Positions 13,201-23,729 of a stretch of DNA of 50,369 nt are shown in pieces (position 1 is the first letter of the stretch; each line of letters starts with the position of its first letter). The stretch comes from Ginglymostoma cirratum (taxonomy: Eukaryota), in contig JAHRHZ010000166.1 in assembly GCA_024137785.1 (NCBI GenBank), positions 1,009,367 through 1,059,735 of the forward strand, in the 5' to 3' direction. The notes under the pieces were generated by a model. It ran no database searches. It was not told where the DNA came from and saw only the letters and a program-made list of their open reading frames with translations. A program made the position numbers and the translations under genes.

Positions 13201-16200
13201 TAGCAAAGGCCCCAACACTGATCCCTGAGGAATGCCACTAGTCACAGCCGTCCATTCAAAAACATACATTTCCACTGCTACCCTCTGTCTTCTATGACCA
13301 AGCCAGTATTTTGTATCCATCTTGAAAGCTCACCTCTGACCCCATGCGACTTTACCTTTTGCATCAACTTGCCATGAGGGACTTTGTCAAAGGTCTTTGC
13401 TGAAGTCCATGTAGACAGCATCTACTGCCCCACCCTCATTGATAATCTTCATACCTTCTCAAAAAATTCAACCAAGTTAGCAAGACATGATCGCCCCCTC
13501 ACAAAACCATGACGCCTCTCGCTAATATGCCCACTTATTTCCAAGTTGGAGCAAATACTTTCTGGAAGAATCTGCACCAATAATTTCACTACCACTGACA
13601 TAAGGCTCACCGGACTGTAATGAGCTGGATTATCCTTGCAACCTTCTGTACCATAACCTATACTCCAATCCTTTGAGACCTCCCCTGCAGCCAGTCAGGA
13701 TACAAAGATTTCCCTCAAGGCCCCTGAAATTGCCACTCTGGCCTCTTTCAGTATTTTGGGATATATTCCATCAGGCCCTGGGAACTTGTCTACATCAATG
13801 TTTTTTTCAAGACGCCCAACACCTCCTCCCTTTTGATCTCAACATGACCCCAACCTATCTACCCACGAATCCCCAAACTTATCATACACAAAGTCCTTCT
13901 CTTTGGTGAATACTGACACAAAGTACTCATTCAATACATCGCCCATTTTTCTGGCTCCACACATAAATTCCCTTCCTTGTCCTTGAGTCTGCCATGCCTC
14001 TTCATGGCTAACCCCTGCTCTTTGTATATGTATATAAAGCCCTGGAGTTTTCCTTAACCTTGTTGGCCAATGACTTTTCATCACCCCTTTTAGTCTTTCT
14101 CACTCCTTACTTAAGTTTATCCTGACTTTCCTTGTGTTCTACCCTGGCTTTGGGAGTTCCCAGCCTCCTAGCCTTGTGAAATGCATCCTTTTTCTTTTTG
14201 ATTAGACTCACAATATCTCTCGTTATCCAAGGTTACCTAAACGTTCCATAATTAACCTTCATCCTTACAGAAATGTGCTGTTCTCGAGTTCCTCGCAAAT
14301 TATTCTTGAAAGCCTCCCACATACTGGATTTTGATTTTCCCTCAAACGTCTGCCACCAATCTACATTCTTCAGTTCCTGTCTAATATTGTTGCAATTAGC
14401 CTTCCCCTAATTTAGCAGTTTCACCTCACAACTGTATCTATCTTTATCCATCAGTACCTTAAAGCTTAGTGAATTGTGATCACTCTTCCCAAGCTGCTCC
14501 CCTACTGAAACGTCGACCATCTGGCCGGGCTCATTCCCCTGTATTAGTTCCAGTACAGCTCCTTTCTTCATAGGGCTACCTACAGAAGGAGCTGTGGGTA
14601 TGGGGTTGTTGGGAAGATCACTGGGAATTACCCACAAACAAATTTCTGGAAGCAGTGACTGCACTGATGCAGATCTTCCCAAGGTCAGCCAACCAGCATC
14701 ACCACTCTGCTGCCCTCTTCCAGGTGGGTTGTCAGTTCTTTGTTAATTTTCGTCGAGTTAGTATATTCAAATTATCCCGGATGAGTGGTTAGCTTAATTG
14801 CCTAGACCGCTGAATTTCCATATTGGCTGAGGTAACCATGAATGTCCCATCTTTTCAAATTTCCATCGACTAAGTTATGATGACTGCCATGTTTACTGAC
14901 CACCAGTAATCTCTCTCTCTATTAAGAGAAAAGCTCTATTTTCCTCTAGGGCTGTGGTAACTTTACAATACCTAGTATTCTTAGTGCTGCATTAGATGGA
15001 TGTAAAATATAAGCCACCCTAGCATTTTACACACATTTGAAAGTCATAATAGAATAGTTAAGATTGAATTTAACATCACACTTGAGATTTTATGTGCAGG
15101 AAACAAAACTCATGGCGCCTACATGGATAGTAGAAGACATTGTATTAACAGGTGACGTGTTCTGATATGGGAAAAGCCAATCCTGTTCTTTGTTCATATT
15201 GTACCCTGACTATTGTGTGGAGGATATAGTCTCCTTCATTGGGAAATGATATACTTGCCATAAAGACATGGAGTGATACTGGAGTGAGTAGTAATCTCAC
15301 ACATGGAGAGATTATTCAGACTGAACCTGTATTGACTAAGTTGAGAAGAATGACAGTGCTCTGAATGAAACATAAAGAAGTCTAAGACCCCTAGGCAGAC
15401 TTGATGAAGTAAGGGTGCTTCTCTCGTTCGTTTAAATCTACAACAGGACTCAAAGTCCATGATTAGGGTATAGGATATTTACGGCTGAGATGAGGAAACA
15501 TTTCTTCTTTAAGTTGGCCAACATGTTCAGTTCTCTACCATAGATGACTGTGAGAGCTGGATCAGTATAATGTTTCATAAAGAGGTTTTCTTTTAAATAT
15601 TCAAAGCATCAAGTTGTACAGAGAGAATGTGGGAAAATAATGAAGAGACAAATGAATATCCCTCGATAATCTGAGTTGTAGAACAGAATCACGGGAGCCA
15701 GAAACATTAGGATCTTAAACTGGATATCAGGCCAGTACCGACAAATGATCGAGTGTTAAGTGAAAAGATAACACCATCACATTGGCTATCCATGGGCCTA
15801 AAGAAAAAGCTAATTGCCTGATCGTTACAGTGAGTAAAATTGACAAGTCTAAAGAGAAAAGAAAAAGATGATCAGACTTCAATTACACTACCTGAACTGT
15901 ATTTGTCCTACATGATTTTTACCATCTTATGGGACAATGTCAACAATAATCTATAAATAATTGGCATGATTGAAACATTCCAGAAATCCTGTAGAACCAG
16001 GTGGATCTGTAGACAGGGAAGTGAAAGGCAGTGATAAGGAATGGGGACAATAAAAGATGTCAGAATTAAGATAGAAATTGGGTAATTAGATATCCATGTG
16101 ACAAACGATTACATAAAGATACTGTCTTTTATTGCATTCCTCAGATATTATTTTTGGTTAAGAGTAGTGTGCACTGTCACTGCATTTCCTTGATTAAATG

Positions 16201-19200
16201 ATCAAAACCTGCACTTGAGGCTCCTTTGTTAGATTATTCGAAACAACCTCAACAAGTGCGATGATCACGTCGGGTTTTTATGTTAATAATGAATAAAGAT
16301 GCACTCGTGAATGTGGAAAATATTTTACTTGATGACAATGGGTATGAAATGTTTTGCATATAAAAACAATTGTTAGACTGGGATTTTTATTTTCTTTCCA
16401 GGATTGAAAACTTTTTTGTGATTTTGGCAGAATCCTATAGATTATATTTTTTTCTATGCCTTTGTAGGATGTGGGCAATGCTGGCTTGCCAGCATTTCTT
16501 TCCCAAACCTAGTTGCCCTTGAGAAGGTGGTGGTGAACTGCCTTCTTGAACTGCTGCAGCCTACCTGTTATAGACTGACCTACAATGCCATTAGAGGGTT
16601 TTCCAGGATTGTGATCCAGCAACAGTGTAGGACCAGTGATATATTTCCAAGTAAGGATTTTGAGTGGCTTGGAGGGGAACTTGAAGATGGTAGTGTTCCC
16701 CTATGTTTTGTGCCCTGTGCTGCTCGATGGAAGTGACCCTGAGGTTGGAATGTGTTATCTGACGATGTTTGGTAAATTTATGCAGTGTATATTGTAGATA
16801 GTGCACACTACTGTTACTGAGCTTTGGATGGTAGAATGAGTGGATACTTGTGGATGTAATGCCAACCCAGCGGGATGTTTTGTTCTGGAAGCTGTCAACC
16901 TTCTTGCGTGTTGCTGGGGCTGCACTCATCCAGGCAAGTGAGGAGTATTCCATCACAGTCCTGATTTGTGCCTCGTAGATAGCGGACAGGCTTTGAGGAA
17001 TAAGGAGGTGAGTTACTCGCCACAGTATTTCTAGCTTCTGACCTTGTCTTGTAGTCCCTGTGGTGAGTCCAGCTGAGTTTCTGGGCAATGATAACCCCCC
17101 CCCCCAGGATGTTGATAGTGGGGAATTCAGTGACGGTAAAACCATTGAATATCAAGGGTGGTGGTTAGATTGTTTCTAATTGGTGATGGTCATACACTGG
17201 CATCTTTGTGATGTGGGTGTCACTTGCCACTTGTCAGCCAAAGGCTGCATATTGTCCACATCTTGTTGCATTTGAACACAGACATCTTCAGTATCCGAGG
17301 AGTCACGAATGGTGCTGAACATTGTGCAATCATCAGTGAACATCCTCACTTCTGACCTTATGATAGAGAGAAGTTCATTGATGAAGCAGCGGAAGATGGT
17401 TGGGCCGAGGGCACTGCACTGGGGAACTCCTACCTAGATGTCCTGGAGATGAGATGATTGATCTCCAACAACCACAACTATCTTTCCATTGTGTCAGTTA
17501 TTACTCCAATACTATTTTGCCCACTGATGCCCATTGTTTCCAGTTTGGCTAGGGTTCCTTGATGCCACACTCAAGTCGATCGCAGCCTTGATGCCAAGGG
17601 CTGTCACTCTCACCTCACCTGTGGAATTTAGTTCTTTTGCCCATGTTTGAACCAAGGCTGTAATAAGGTCAGGAGCTGAGTAGCCCTGTTGGAACCCAAA
17701 CTGGGCGTCACTGAGCAGGTTATTGCTGAGCACGTCCAGGTTGATAGTACTGTTGATGACATCTTCCATCACTTTACTGTTGATTGAGACTAGACTGGTG
17801 GGGCAGCAATTAGCTGGACTGGATTTGCCCTGCTTTTTGTGTACAAGACATACTTGAGAAATTTTCCACATTGCCGGGTAGATACCAGTGTTGTAACTGT
17901 ATTGGTACAGCTTGGCTAGGGGAGGGGCAAGTTCTGGAGCACAATTAGTCAATACTATTGCCAGAATGTTGCCAGGACCAGTAGCGTGAATTGAATAGGA
18001 ACTAATGAAGAAAGGCCTTTCCACATCTGAATCAGCCCAAACCCAGACCTTCAATGCATTTACGTCAGTTTCAAAGGGGACCATTAGGGATCTTCGCAGA
18101 AAATGCCTTTACGCAGATGTTGCTTAACAAGCCCAAGTGTCTAGAACGAACATTAATTACGATAACGAGCACTGATGCACCAACAAGTAATGCAAACGGA
18201 TAAAAAGGAAAGTAGTTGAAAAGTACTTGTTGATCGTGGAGATAATGACAACATATTTTTTGGAAATACAACAGAACAGAAACACCAGAATTTACCTCTT
18301 CATTGAAATCCTTTGTTTCAGATTTATAGATACATTGTAATATTCAAAGCTACATAGGTGAAGGGTGAACAAATGTTGTGAGCATAAATTCTAATTTAAT
18401 ATTTGAAAGTACAAACGTGCCTCCAACTGTGCACGTATTTCCTAGATAGATAAATGGATAATCCTATTCAGAAATAAAGATAAATGCTACAACAAGGCGA
18501 GAAAGTAAAGGAGGTGGTAGTTGATCAGAAACATTGAAAGAAAACGATTTATGGGAAATAAGCAGCTGATACAAACACTGAGTGTCCCATCGGAATTAAA
18601 TATAAAATATACTAACAATATGAATTGTTACCTGTCCGGTATGAATAGTTTTCACTGATAAGATTTGTTGTTGAGTTGATTTGAATTGAGCAAGTGCAAA
18701 CAAACCAGTTGCTATGCTTGTTTCCTTCGACTCCGATTTGACTGCTGACACTGTATACACCGTCACGGATTATTGTTTCTGTATCAGTCCATTCCTCCTT
18801 AGCCCGTGACGAACAATTCCAGCGAATGGTAAGGTAATTAGTGGCTGCACTGCTCACGAAGCACATCAATGGGATATTTTGCAGTGAAAGAATTTCATCT
18901 GATGGTGAGTGTAAGAGTGTTATTGTCGGGGAACCTGCAGAGTAGGTAAGACGTATTTAAAATCTAACATAACTTTGTGGGTATTTATTGTGAACTGATA
19001 AGCAACGACATTCATTCTTACCGGCAACGAATAATTCAGATCCTTTTCCGAATTTGAAGGATGATCCACTAAATTTCTTAGCAGCGCAGTAGTACATGCC
19101 TGAGTCATTTCTTTGCGTATCATCAATAACAAGAGTATAAATAGTCCCTTCTTCGTTAACCTCTCCTGAAAATTTTCCGTTTGGATGCATATGTTTTATA

Positions 19201-19821
19201 ACGGTGAAAACGAGTTGTATGTGTTTTTGCTGCTGGTGTTTATGCCAGAGAACAGCTCCAGCTGCGAGCCATCCCGTGTGGCAATGCATCTTGCATTTAC
19301 TTCCAATTGAGGCAGTTTGAACTGTTGGAGTCTGCGGGTACACTGCCTGAGAGACAACAACTGAAGAACAGCATGAATTACATTAATTTCTTGCGTAGTA
19401 GGAAATTAAGAAAAAATATAGATCAAAACCTTCCAGACAATGAAAACTGTCTCCTGTGTAGTTCATCTTTTATTCTTGGAAAAGTGGTGGTCCCCTGTTC
19501 ACACTTCAAGATCCCACACATAAAATGAAGACAAAAGAATCAGCTAATCTGTTGTACTGAAAGATGTTTTTGTCTTTGGGCGGAGTAGTGAATTCCCCTG
19601 CTCGATTAACGTGCCTGTTATATTAGAACATTGGCCTTTTGTAATAGACCAATAACAACTCAAATTCTTAAAGCAACATTAATATTAAAGACTGCCAGTT
19701 TGAACTTGCCTCATGAATCATCTTTTAAGTGATTTTACACTCATAATTAAGCCATAAATTTATGAAAGATAACCTTACCTGGCAACAAATGAAAAAGCGC
19801 CAGCAGAGTCAAGAGGATCAT
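4194..19821 (-). CDS. Spliced gene, join(19821-19779,19360-19022,18934-18632,7585-7472,7302-7274,4232-4194): non-rearranging VJ-C1 Ig-superfamily type I membrane receptor, 288 aa (PRARP/VJC1-like architecture)
   Basis: Exon lengths 43+339+303+114+29+39=867 nt. All introns are GT-AG, with phases 1,1,1,1,0, and there is no internal stop. Protein: [26 protein letters not shown]...[14 protein letters not shown]...[36 protein letters not shown]...LMCFVSS...IRWN...YSVSSQI...FVCTC...[64 protein letters not shown]. The family name is inferred from domain order; additional small exons in the long introns cannot be excluded. Confidence 0.8.
4480..4900 (-). mobile_element. Old CR1 3' end
   Basis: Degenerate similarity to the CR1 3' ends at 8919 and 12360. 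Confidence 0.5.
5345..7225 (-). mobile_element. Older Penelope-like element (GIY-YIG remnant) with inverted terminus, interrupted by a younger PLE
   Basis: [18 protein letters not shown] in ORF 5892..6086. The body resumes at 7076 after the nested insert; 7111-7225 is an inverted copy of the 5345-5475 terminus. Confidence 0.75.
6022..7068 (-). mobile_element. Young 5'-truncated Penelope-like element, open GIY-YIG endonuclease frame (6435..7037)
   Basis: [10 protein letters not shown] Cys linker and [29 protein letters not shown]...[17 protein letters not shown]. Flanked by 7-bp direct repeat GTAGACT (6015-6021, 7069-7075). Confidence 0.92.
7274..7302 (-). CDS. Exon 5: short cytoplasmic exon ([10 protein letters not shown])
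   Basis: Acceptor aatttctcag|, donor GAG|GTGAGT, phase 1 to 0, 169 nt downstream of the TM exon. Confidence 0.7.
7472..7585 (-). CDS. Exon 4: connecting peptide plus transmembrane helix
   Basis: Strong acceptor ttctactttttcag|, donor G|GTAAGA, phase 1 to 1. Encodes [38 protein letters not shown]: about 21 uncharged residues followed by a basic stop-transfer. Confidence 0.85.
8500..8606 (+). mobile_element. Solo PLE terminal fragment
   Basis: CGTCAGCCTTCCTGCACC...CCAGCATCTGCAGTTCCTATTATCTC matches the terminus of the other PLE copies. Confidence 0.75.
8919..9222 (-). mobile_element. CR1 3' end
   Basis: [34 protein letters not shown] and GTTCTAT-type tail repeats. Confidence 0.85.
9223..9710 (+). 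mobile_element. CR1 3' end (opposite orientation)
   Basis: [26 protein letters not shown]...[11 protein letters not shown]; TTCTATG tail repeats. Confidence 0.85.
9800..10560 (+). mobile_element. Old CR1 ORF2 fragment
   Basis: Degenerate DKSP...IYPRVLK...PLLKKG...NPG region at 10240-10500. Confidence 0.55.
10565..10790 (-). mobile_element. PLE terminal fragment
   Basis: Homologous to the PLE terminus at 6060-6300; hammerhead core degenerate (GAAA>TAAA). Confidence 0.7.
11338..11563. mobile_element. Fold-back (head-to-head) pair of PLE termini
   Basis: About 90-bp inverted arms (11369-11458 vs 11473-11561) meeting at the hammerhead core. Confidence 0.85.
12360..14585 (-). mobile_element. 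CR1 LINE, 5'-truncated ORF2, frameshifted
   Basis: GNEPGQ...SDHNSL; [20 protein letters not shown]...SKFADGTK; 3' end near 12360. Confidence 0.9.
15270..15710 (+). mobile_element. Old CR1 3' end
   Basis: Degenerate TTTACGGCTGAGATGAGGAAACATTTCTTC (F..EMRK.FF) region. Confidence 0.5.
16450..17990 (-). mobile_element. CR1/L2-group LINE (second family), RT and 3' end
   Basis: [12 protein letters not shown]...[18 protein letters not shown]...[19 protein letters not shown]; [20 protein letters not shown]. Confidence 0.85.
18632..18934 (-). CDS. Exon 3: C1-set Ig constant domain
   Basis: Follows an 87-nt intron; acceptor ctctgcag|, donor G|GTAACA. Motifs [31 protein letters not shown]; sequons NCS, NST, NYS (ORF 18612..18869). 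Confidence 0.92.
19022..19360 (-). CDS. Exon 2: V-set Ig domain with fused J segment
   Basis: Acceptor ttcttcag|, donor G|GTAAGA. Contains B-strand Cys (MHC), C-strand Trp (VLWH), YTLVI, DSGMYYC and the J motif FGKGSELFV in one exon (ORF 18957..19343). Confidence 0.95.
19779..19821 (-). CDS. Exon 1: signal peptide ([14 protein letters not shown])
   Basis: acaATG start, 14 hydrophobic codons plus 1 nt, then donor G|GTAAGG. Typical short phase-1 Ig/TCR-type leader exon. Confidence 0.85.
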
Positions 19822-19899
19822 TGTCTGCGATGAACTTATTACTTCAAATTTCACACTGAGGTTTTGTTTTTCCGCTTTATTGTTTGCACGATCCAGAAC

Positions 19900-20010
19900 A
19901 GAACATTTATGTAAGATAGCGTTTAAGAAATTGCTACGTTGTCAGGAAAAGAAGACATGTGGAAAATGTAACGTGATGGAAATGATATTTGTGGGTTTCC
20001 TGTTTACACA
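19900..20010 (-). promoter_or_regulatory. Candidate proximal promoter of the VJ-C1 gene
   Basis: TATA-like CATAAAT about 85 nt upstream of the ATG. Clustered TGTGGG (RUNX-like, 19990), TTCCTG (ETS, 19997) and TGTTTAC (forkhead, 20001). Motif matches only. Confidence 0.3.
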
Positions 20011-21271
20011 TTAACTGCGTGCAAAGAAATGACCATCGAAAGGGCATTTGGTTAAAATTTGGTTTGATAATGCAGTAAAAGGAAATGTGCCGTCCCCGAT
20101 TAAAAAAAGGATGTTACAAATTAATAACATATCAATGGTGTTGTTATTTTGAGTGCTGATCTTTATATTAGCCTTCATCTTAACCAAAAACTTTAAAAGA
20201 ATACAAACTACACGAGTTCAATTGAAACTGATTTATATGTTCATGCACTGTTCCAGCAATATGTGAATTTCTCACACCCGTTTGGTTTTTGAAAGAGCTC
20301 TTTTTCTTTTTCTGTGTTAGCTCTCGCTGAGGAGGCCACCATGAACCTTACTGTACATCATATCATAACGTAATGGCCCAAAGTAGGGATATGAATTCCA
20401 TCTTCAAGATGTTTTCAGTGCCTGCACTGGAGTAATACTGCACTACTGGAGTCGTACTCCTATATCTGAGAGACTAAGATGAGATGCCAGCACGTCCTAT
20501 CAGAAAAGAGATAGCGTATCTGTCCAGTTAAGTTCACTAGCCACCCTCTCGCGCATAGATCCACAAGTAGACAAGGGCAGAGACAGTGCATGCAGGAAAG
20601 TAATCTCTCCACCCCAAATTATCCTAAGAAAACAGCAGTAATTTTTTAAATAAAAAAAATTAAGGTAAGTTATCCGATCTATTTCAAGATACTCACTTGG
20701 AATGGCTGCATAACTGACGTCCTCCACTGTGTGCAGTGGTCACCCCATGAAGGAACCTCTGCCAGCTTCAAAATTGAGCAAAATTCTCTACAGATTTCAG
20801 TGCAGATCAAATTCCAGGCACAATGTATAAACAAATCAAAGAGGAAACTTTTTTTCTGTATTAAGTCAGAATTGTATTGAAAGTTTCCCGACGTGGATTC
20901 AACTGATATCAAATCAAATTGATCCGAACAGTAAGTACACCAAATGCAGTTCCTGGGCTACCTCGACGGGAAATTGGAACAGTTGCATTGACGAAATTTC
21001 ATGCTCATCTGAATCCCCACTCAAACTAAAAAAAAAACCAGAATTGTGACAACAAACTTTCAGAGTTAGTGATATAAATAACAAGTTGTGAATGCACTGA
21101 ACTGAATTGCATACTTATACAGAAATCCTTAATATAAAGATTATAAGTAGAATTGATCCCTTTTCCCATTAATGGTCCTTCTGCCATTTACTTCAATCAT
21201 GGTTGGTAGATTGTCCACAATTACACCTTCCTATTTTTATTTTCCACATAACCAATGATTAAAAATCTGAA

Positions 21272-22154
21272 ATAACAAGCATGGGGCTGGATGAACACAG
21301 CAGGTCAAGCAGCATCATAGGAGCAGGAAAACTTGACGTTTCGGGCCTAAACCCTTCATCAGAAATCTGCTTGATGAGGGTTTCGGTGGAGGGGGATTGG
21401 TCCGTTCTGCGGGACAGGAAGAAGCGGAGGGCCTTTAGGCCATCAGCATGGGGAATACAGGTATATAGGGACTGGATGTCCATAGTAAAAATGAGGTGTT
21501 GGGGACCTGGGAATTGGAAGTTCTGGAGGAGGTGGAGGGCGTGGGTGGTGTCACGGACGTAGGTAGGGAGTTCCTGGACCAAGGGGGTGAAAATGGAGTC
21601 GAGGTAGGTGGAGATGAGTTCGGTGGGGCAGGAGCAGGCGGAGACAATGGGTCGACCAGGGCATTCAGGTTTGTGGATTTTGGGGAGGAGATAGAAGCGG
21701 GCGGTGTGGGGTTGGGGAACGATGAGGGTGGAGGCGGTGGGTGGGAGGTCACCTGAGGTAATGAGGTTGTGGATGGTTTGGGAGATGATGGTTTGGTGCT
21801 CGGGGGTGGGGTCATGCTCCAGGGGGCGGTAGGAGGAGGTGTCAGAGAGTTGGCGCCTGGCCTCAGCAATGTAGAGGTCAGTGCGCCATACTACGACTGC
21901 CCCTCCCATGTCTGCGGGTTTTATGGTGAGGTTTGGATTGGAGCGGAGGGTGTGGAGGGCTGCACGTTCTGCGGGGGAGAGGTTGGAGTGTTTGAGAGGG
22001 GTAGAGAGGTTGAGACGATTGATGTCTCGACGGCAGTTGGAGATGAAGAGGTCGAGGGAGGGTAGGAGGCCTTGGGGTGGTGTCCAGGAGGAGGGCGTGT
22101 GTTGGAGGCGGGAGAAGGGGTCAGCAGAGGGAGGGTTAGATCTGAATATCTGAA
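21272..22154 (-). mobile_element. Young PLE insertion: open RT N-terminal fragment fused directly to the hammerhead terminus
   Basis: ORF 21259..22191: IKPADMGGAVV, FYLLPKIHK..CPGRPIVS, TMDIQSLYTCIPH. Flanked by 12-bp direct repeat TAAAAATCTGAA (21260-21271, 22155-22166). Confidence 0.92.
21331..21366 (-). ncRNA. Minimal type I hammerhead ribozyme motif (PLE)
   Basis: AUUU-CUGAUGA-A-GGG-UUUAGG-CCC-GAAA-CGUC-AAGU: intact core, stem II, GUC site, 4-bp stem I, palindromic ACGU stem III. Confidence 0.8.
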
Positions 22155-22399
22155 TAAAAATCTGAATATGTCTCCTTTGAAAATACTTCACTACACAGCC
22201 TTGACAACACTCTACAGTTGAAAAAAATCCACGGCTTCACTTCTTTCTGAGCAAAAACAAAACTCCTCATCTCTGTCTTAAATTCGTGAGCATTTATTCT
22301 AACATTATGCCATAGACATAGATTTTATTTTTGTTAATGGCATTGGGAAAATAATCCAGAAAAACTGGGGAAAATGCGTCCTACTGAGTTTTGGCTCAC

Positions 22400-23580
22400 C
22401 AAGGTTTCTGTTCCCCAAAAGCGCAATGATTCTTGCCTTTGTTAGCCAAGACATAGAGATTAAGATCAGGGAGGGGATGCTGCAACTGTAAAACACATTG
22501 GTTAGGCCACTATTACAGTACTGTGTTCACTTCTAGAAGCCACATTATTGGAAGAATTTTACAGGAGAGGATGACCGAAGATTTATCTCAAGAGTGTCAG
22601 TCATGGAGAGAAATTAGGCAGCTGGAGCTGTTTTACTTACAACAGAAGAAATTGCAAGGGGGCGTGATTTAGTGTATAAAATTATGAGGCACATAAACTG
22701 GGTAGACAGGAAGAAACTTTTTTTTTCATTGTTGGTATGAACAATTTCTGAGGAGGCAGATTTATAGAAGAAGCAATATATTTTGAGGAGTTGTGAGAGA
22801 AAACATTTTCACACAGTAGATTGTGGGAATTTTGAACTCACTGTCTATAACAGTGACAGAGGCAGAAACCCATACAAAAAGTAATAAGTGTTTAGGTGTG
22901 CAGTTGTGAGAGTTTTTAATGTGCATATAACTTTGTAAGTTGCATCAAAGGTAGATAGGATGTTAACGAAGGCATTTGGCACACTTCGTTGGTCAGAGTG
23001 TTGAGTATAAGAGATGGGACGTCATGTTGCCGTTGTACAGGTCATTAGCGAGGCCAGTTTTGGAGTACTGCATACAGGTCTGGTCGTCCGTCTATAGGCA
23101 TGAAATTATTGAATTAGAAAGGGTGAAGAACAGATTTACAAGAACGTTACCGGGACGAGCATTTGAATTATAAGGAGAGGCTGGACAGGCTGGGGCTCTT
23201 TTATACTGGAGGTTAAGTAGTTGAAGGGTGACCTTATAGAGGTTTATAAATACATGAGGAGTATAAATAAGGTGAATAGCAAAGGTCATTTTTTCCCTTG
23301 TGTCGAGGTGTTTAAAGCTAGAAGGGATAAGTTTAATTTAAGAGGAGAAAGATTGTTAAGGGACCTGAGGGGTATTTTCTTTCACAGACAGACTTTTCTT
23401 TTGATTTGTGGAATAACTTTCCAGAATAAGTGATAGGTGCAAGTACAGGTGCAACCTTTGAAAGGCATTTGGACATGATTGAAAAGATTTCGAAAAATGC
23501 AATTTAGAATGTCAAATCTGGTAGGCATGTTGAGGATGGACCAAAGGGTCTGTTTTCATGCTCGAAGTCTCTATGACAGT
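22400..23580 (+). mobile_element. Two tandem CR1 3' fragments
   Basis: LYRSLARPVLEYCIQVWS...LERVKNRFTR; GDLIEVYK; an older copy of the same region lies at 22400-22910. Confidence 0.8.
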
Positions 23581-23729
23581 TTAAAATAGCACACTATCGT
23601 TTTTATAGATGATAACACTGCAAAATCCCACAAGATCTTCATTTTTCCCCAACTGTACACTTTCTAAAATGTCTAGTTCATTCATGCATATTGTTAAATT
23701 GAAACATTTGTGTGTGTGGAACCGCAGGT

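Noticed and set aside
18071-18271. TM-like ORF ([16 protein letters not shown]) just after the C1 exon
   Set aside because: The pyrimidine tract ends in CAA rather than CAG and there is no convincing phase-1 acceptor. The exon at 7472-7585 has far better splice sites and correct phase.
18900-19900. Rearranging TCR/Ig locus with recombination signal sequences
   Set aside because: V and J are contiguous in one exon. The CACAGTG heptamers I saw (e.g. 20726 minus, 25819, 49985) lack a nonamer at 12 or 23 bp spacing and are not adjacent to coding segments.
20500-20912. ORFs containing ITIM-like VSYAAI with a GTGAGT donor
   Set aside because: In-frame stop just upstream, weak acceptor, no linked exons; the adjacent sequence looks like an old SINE relic.
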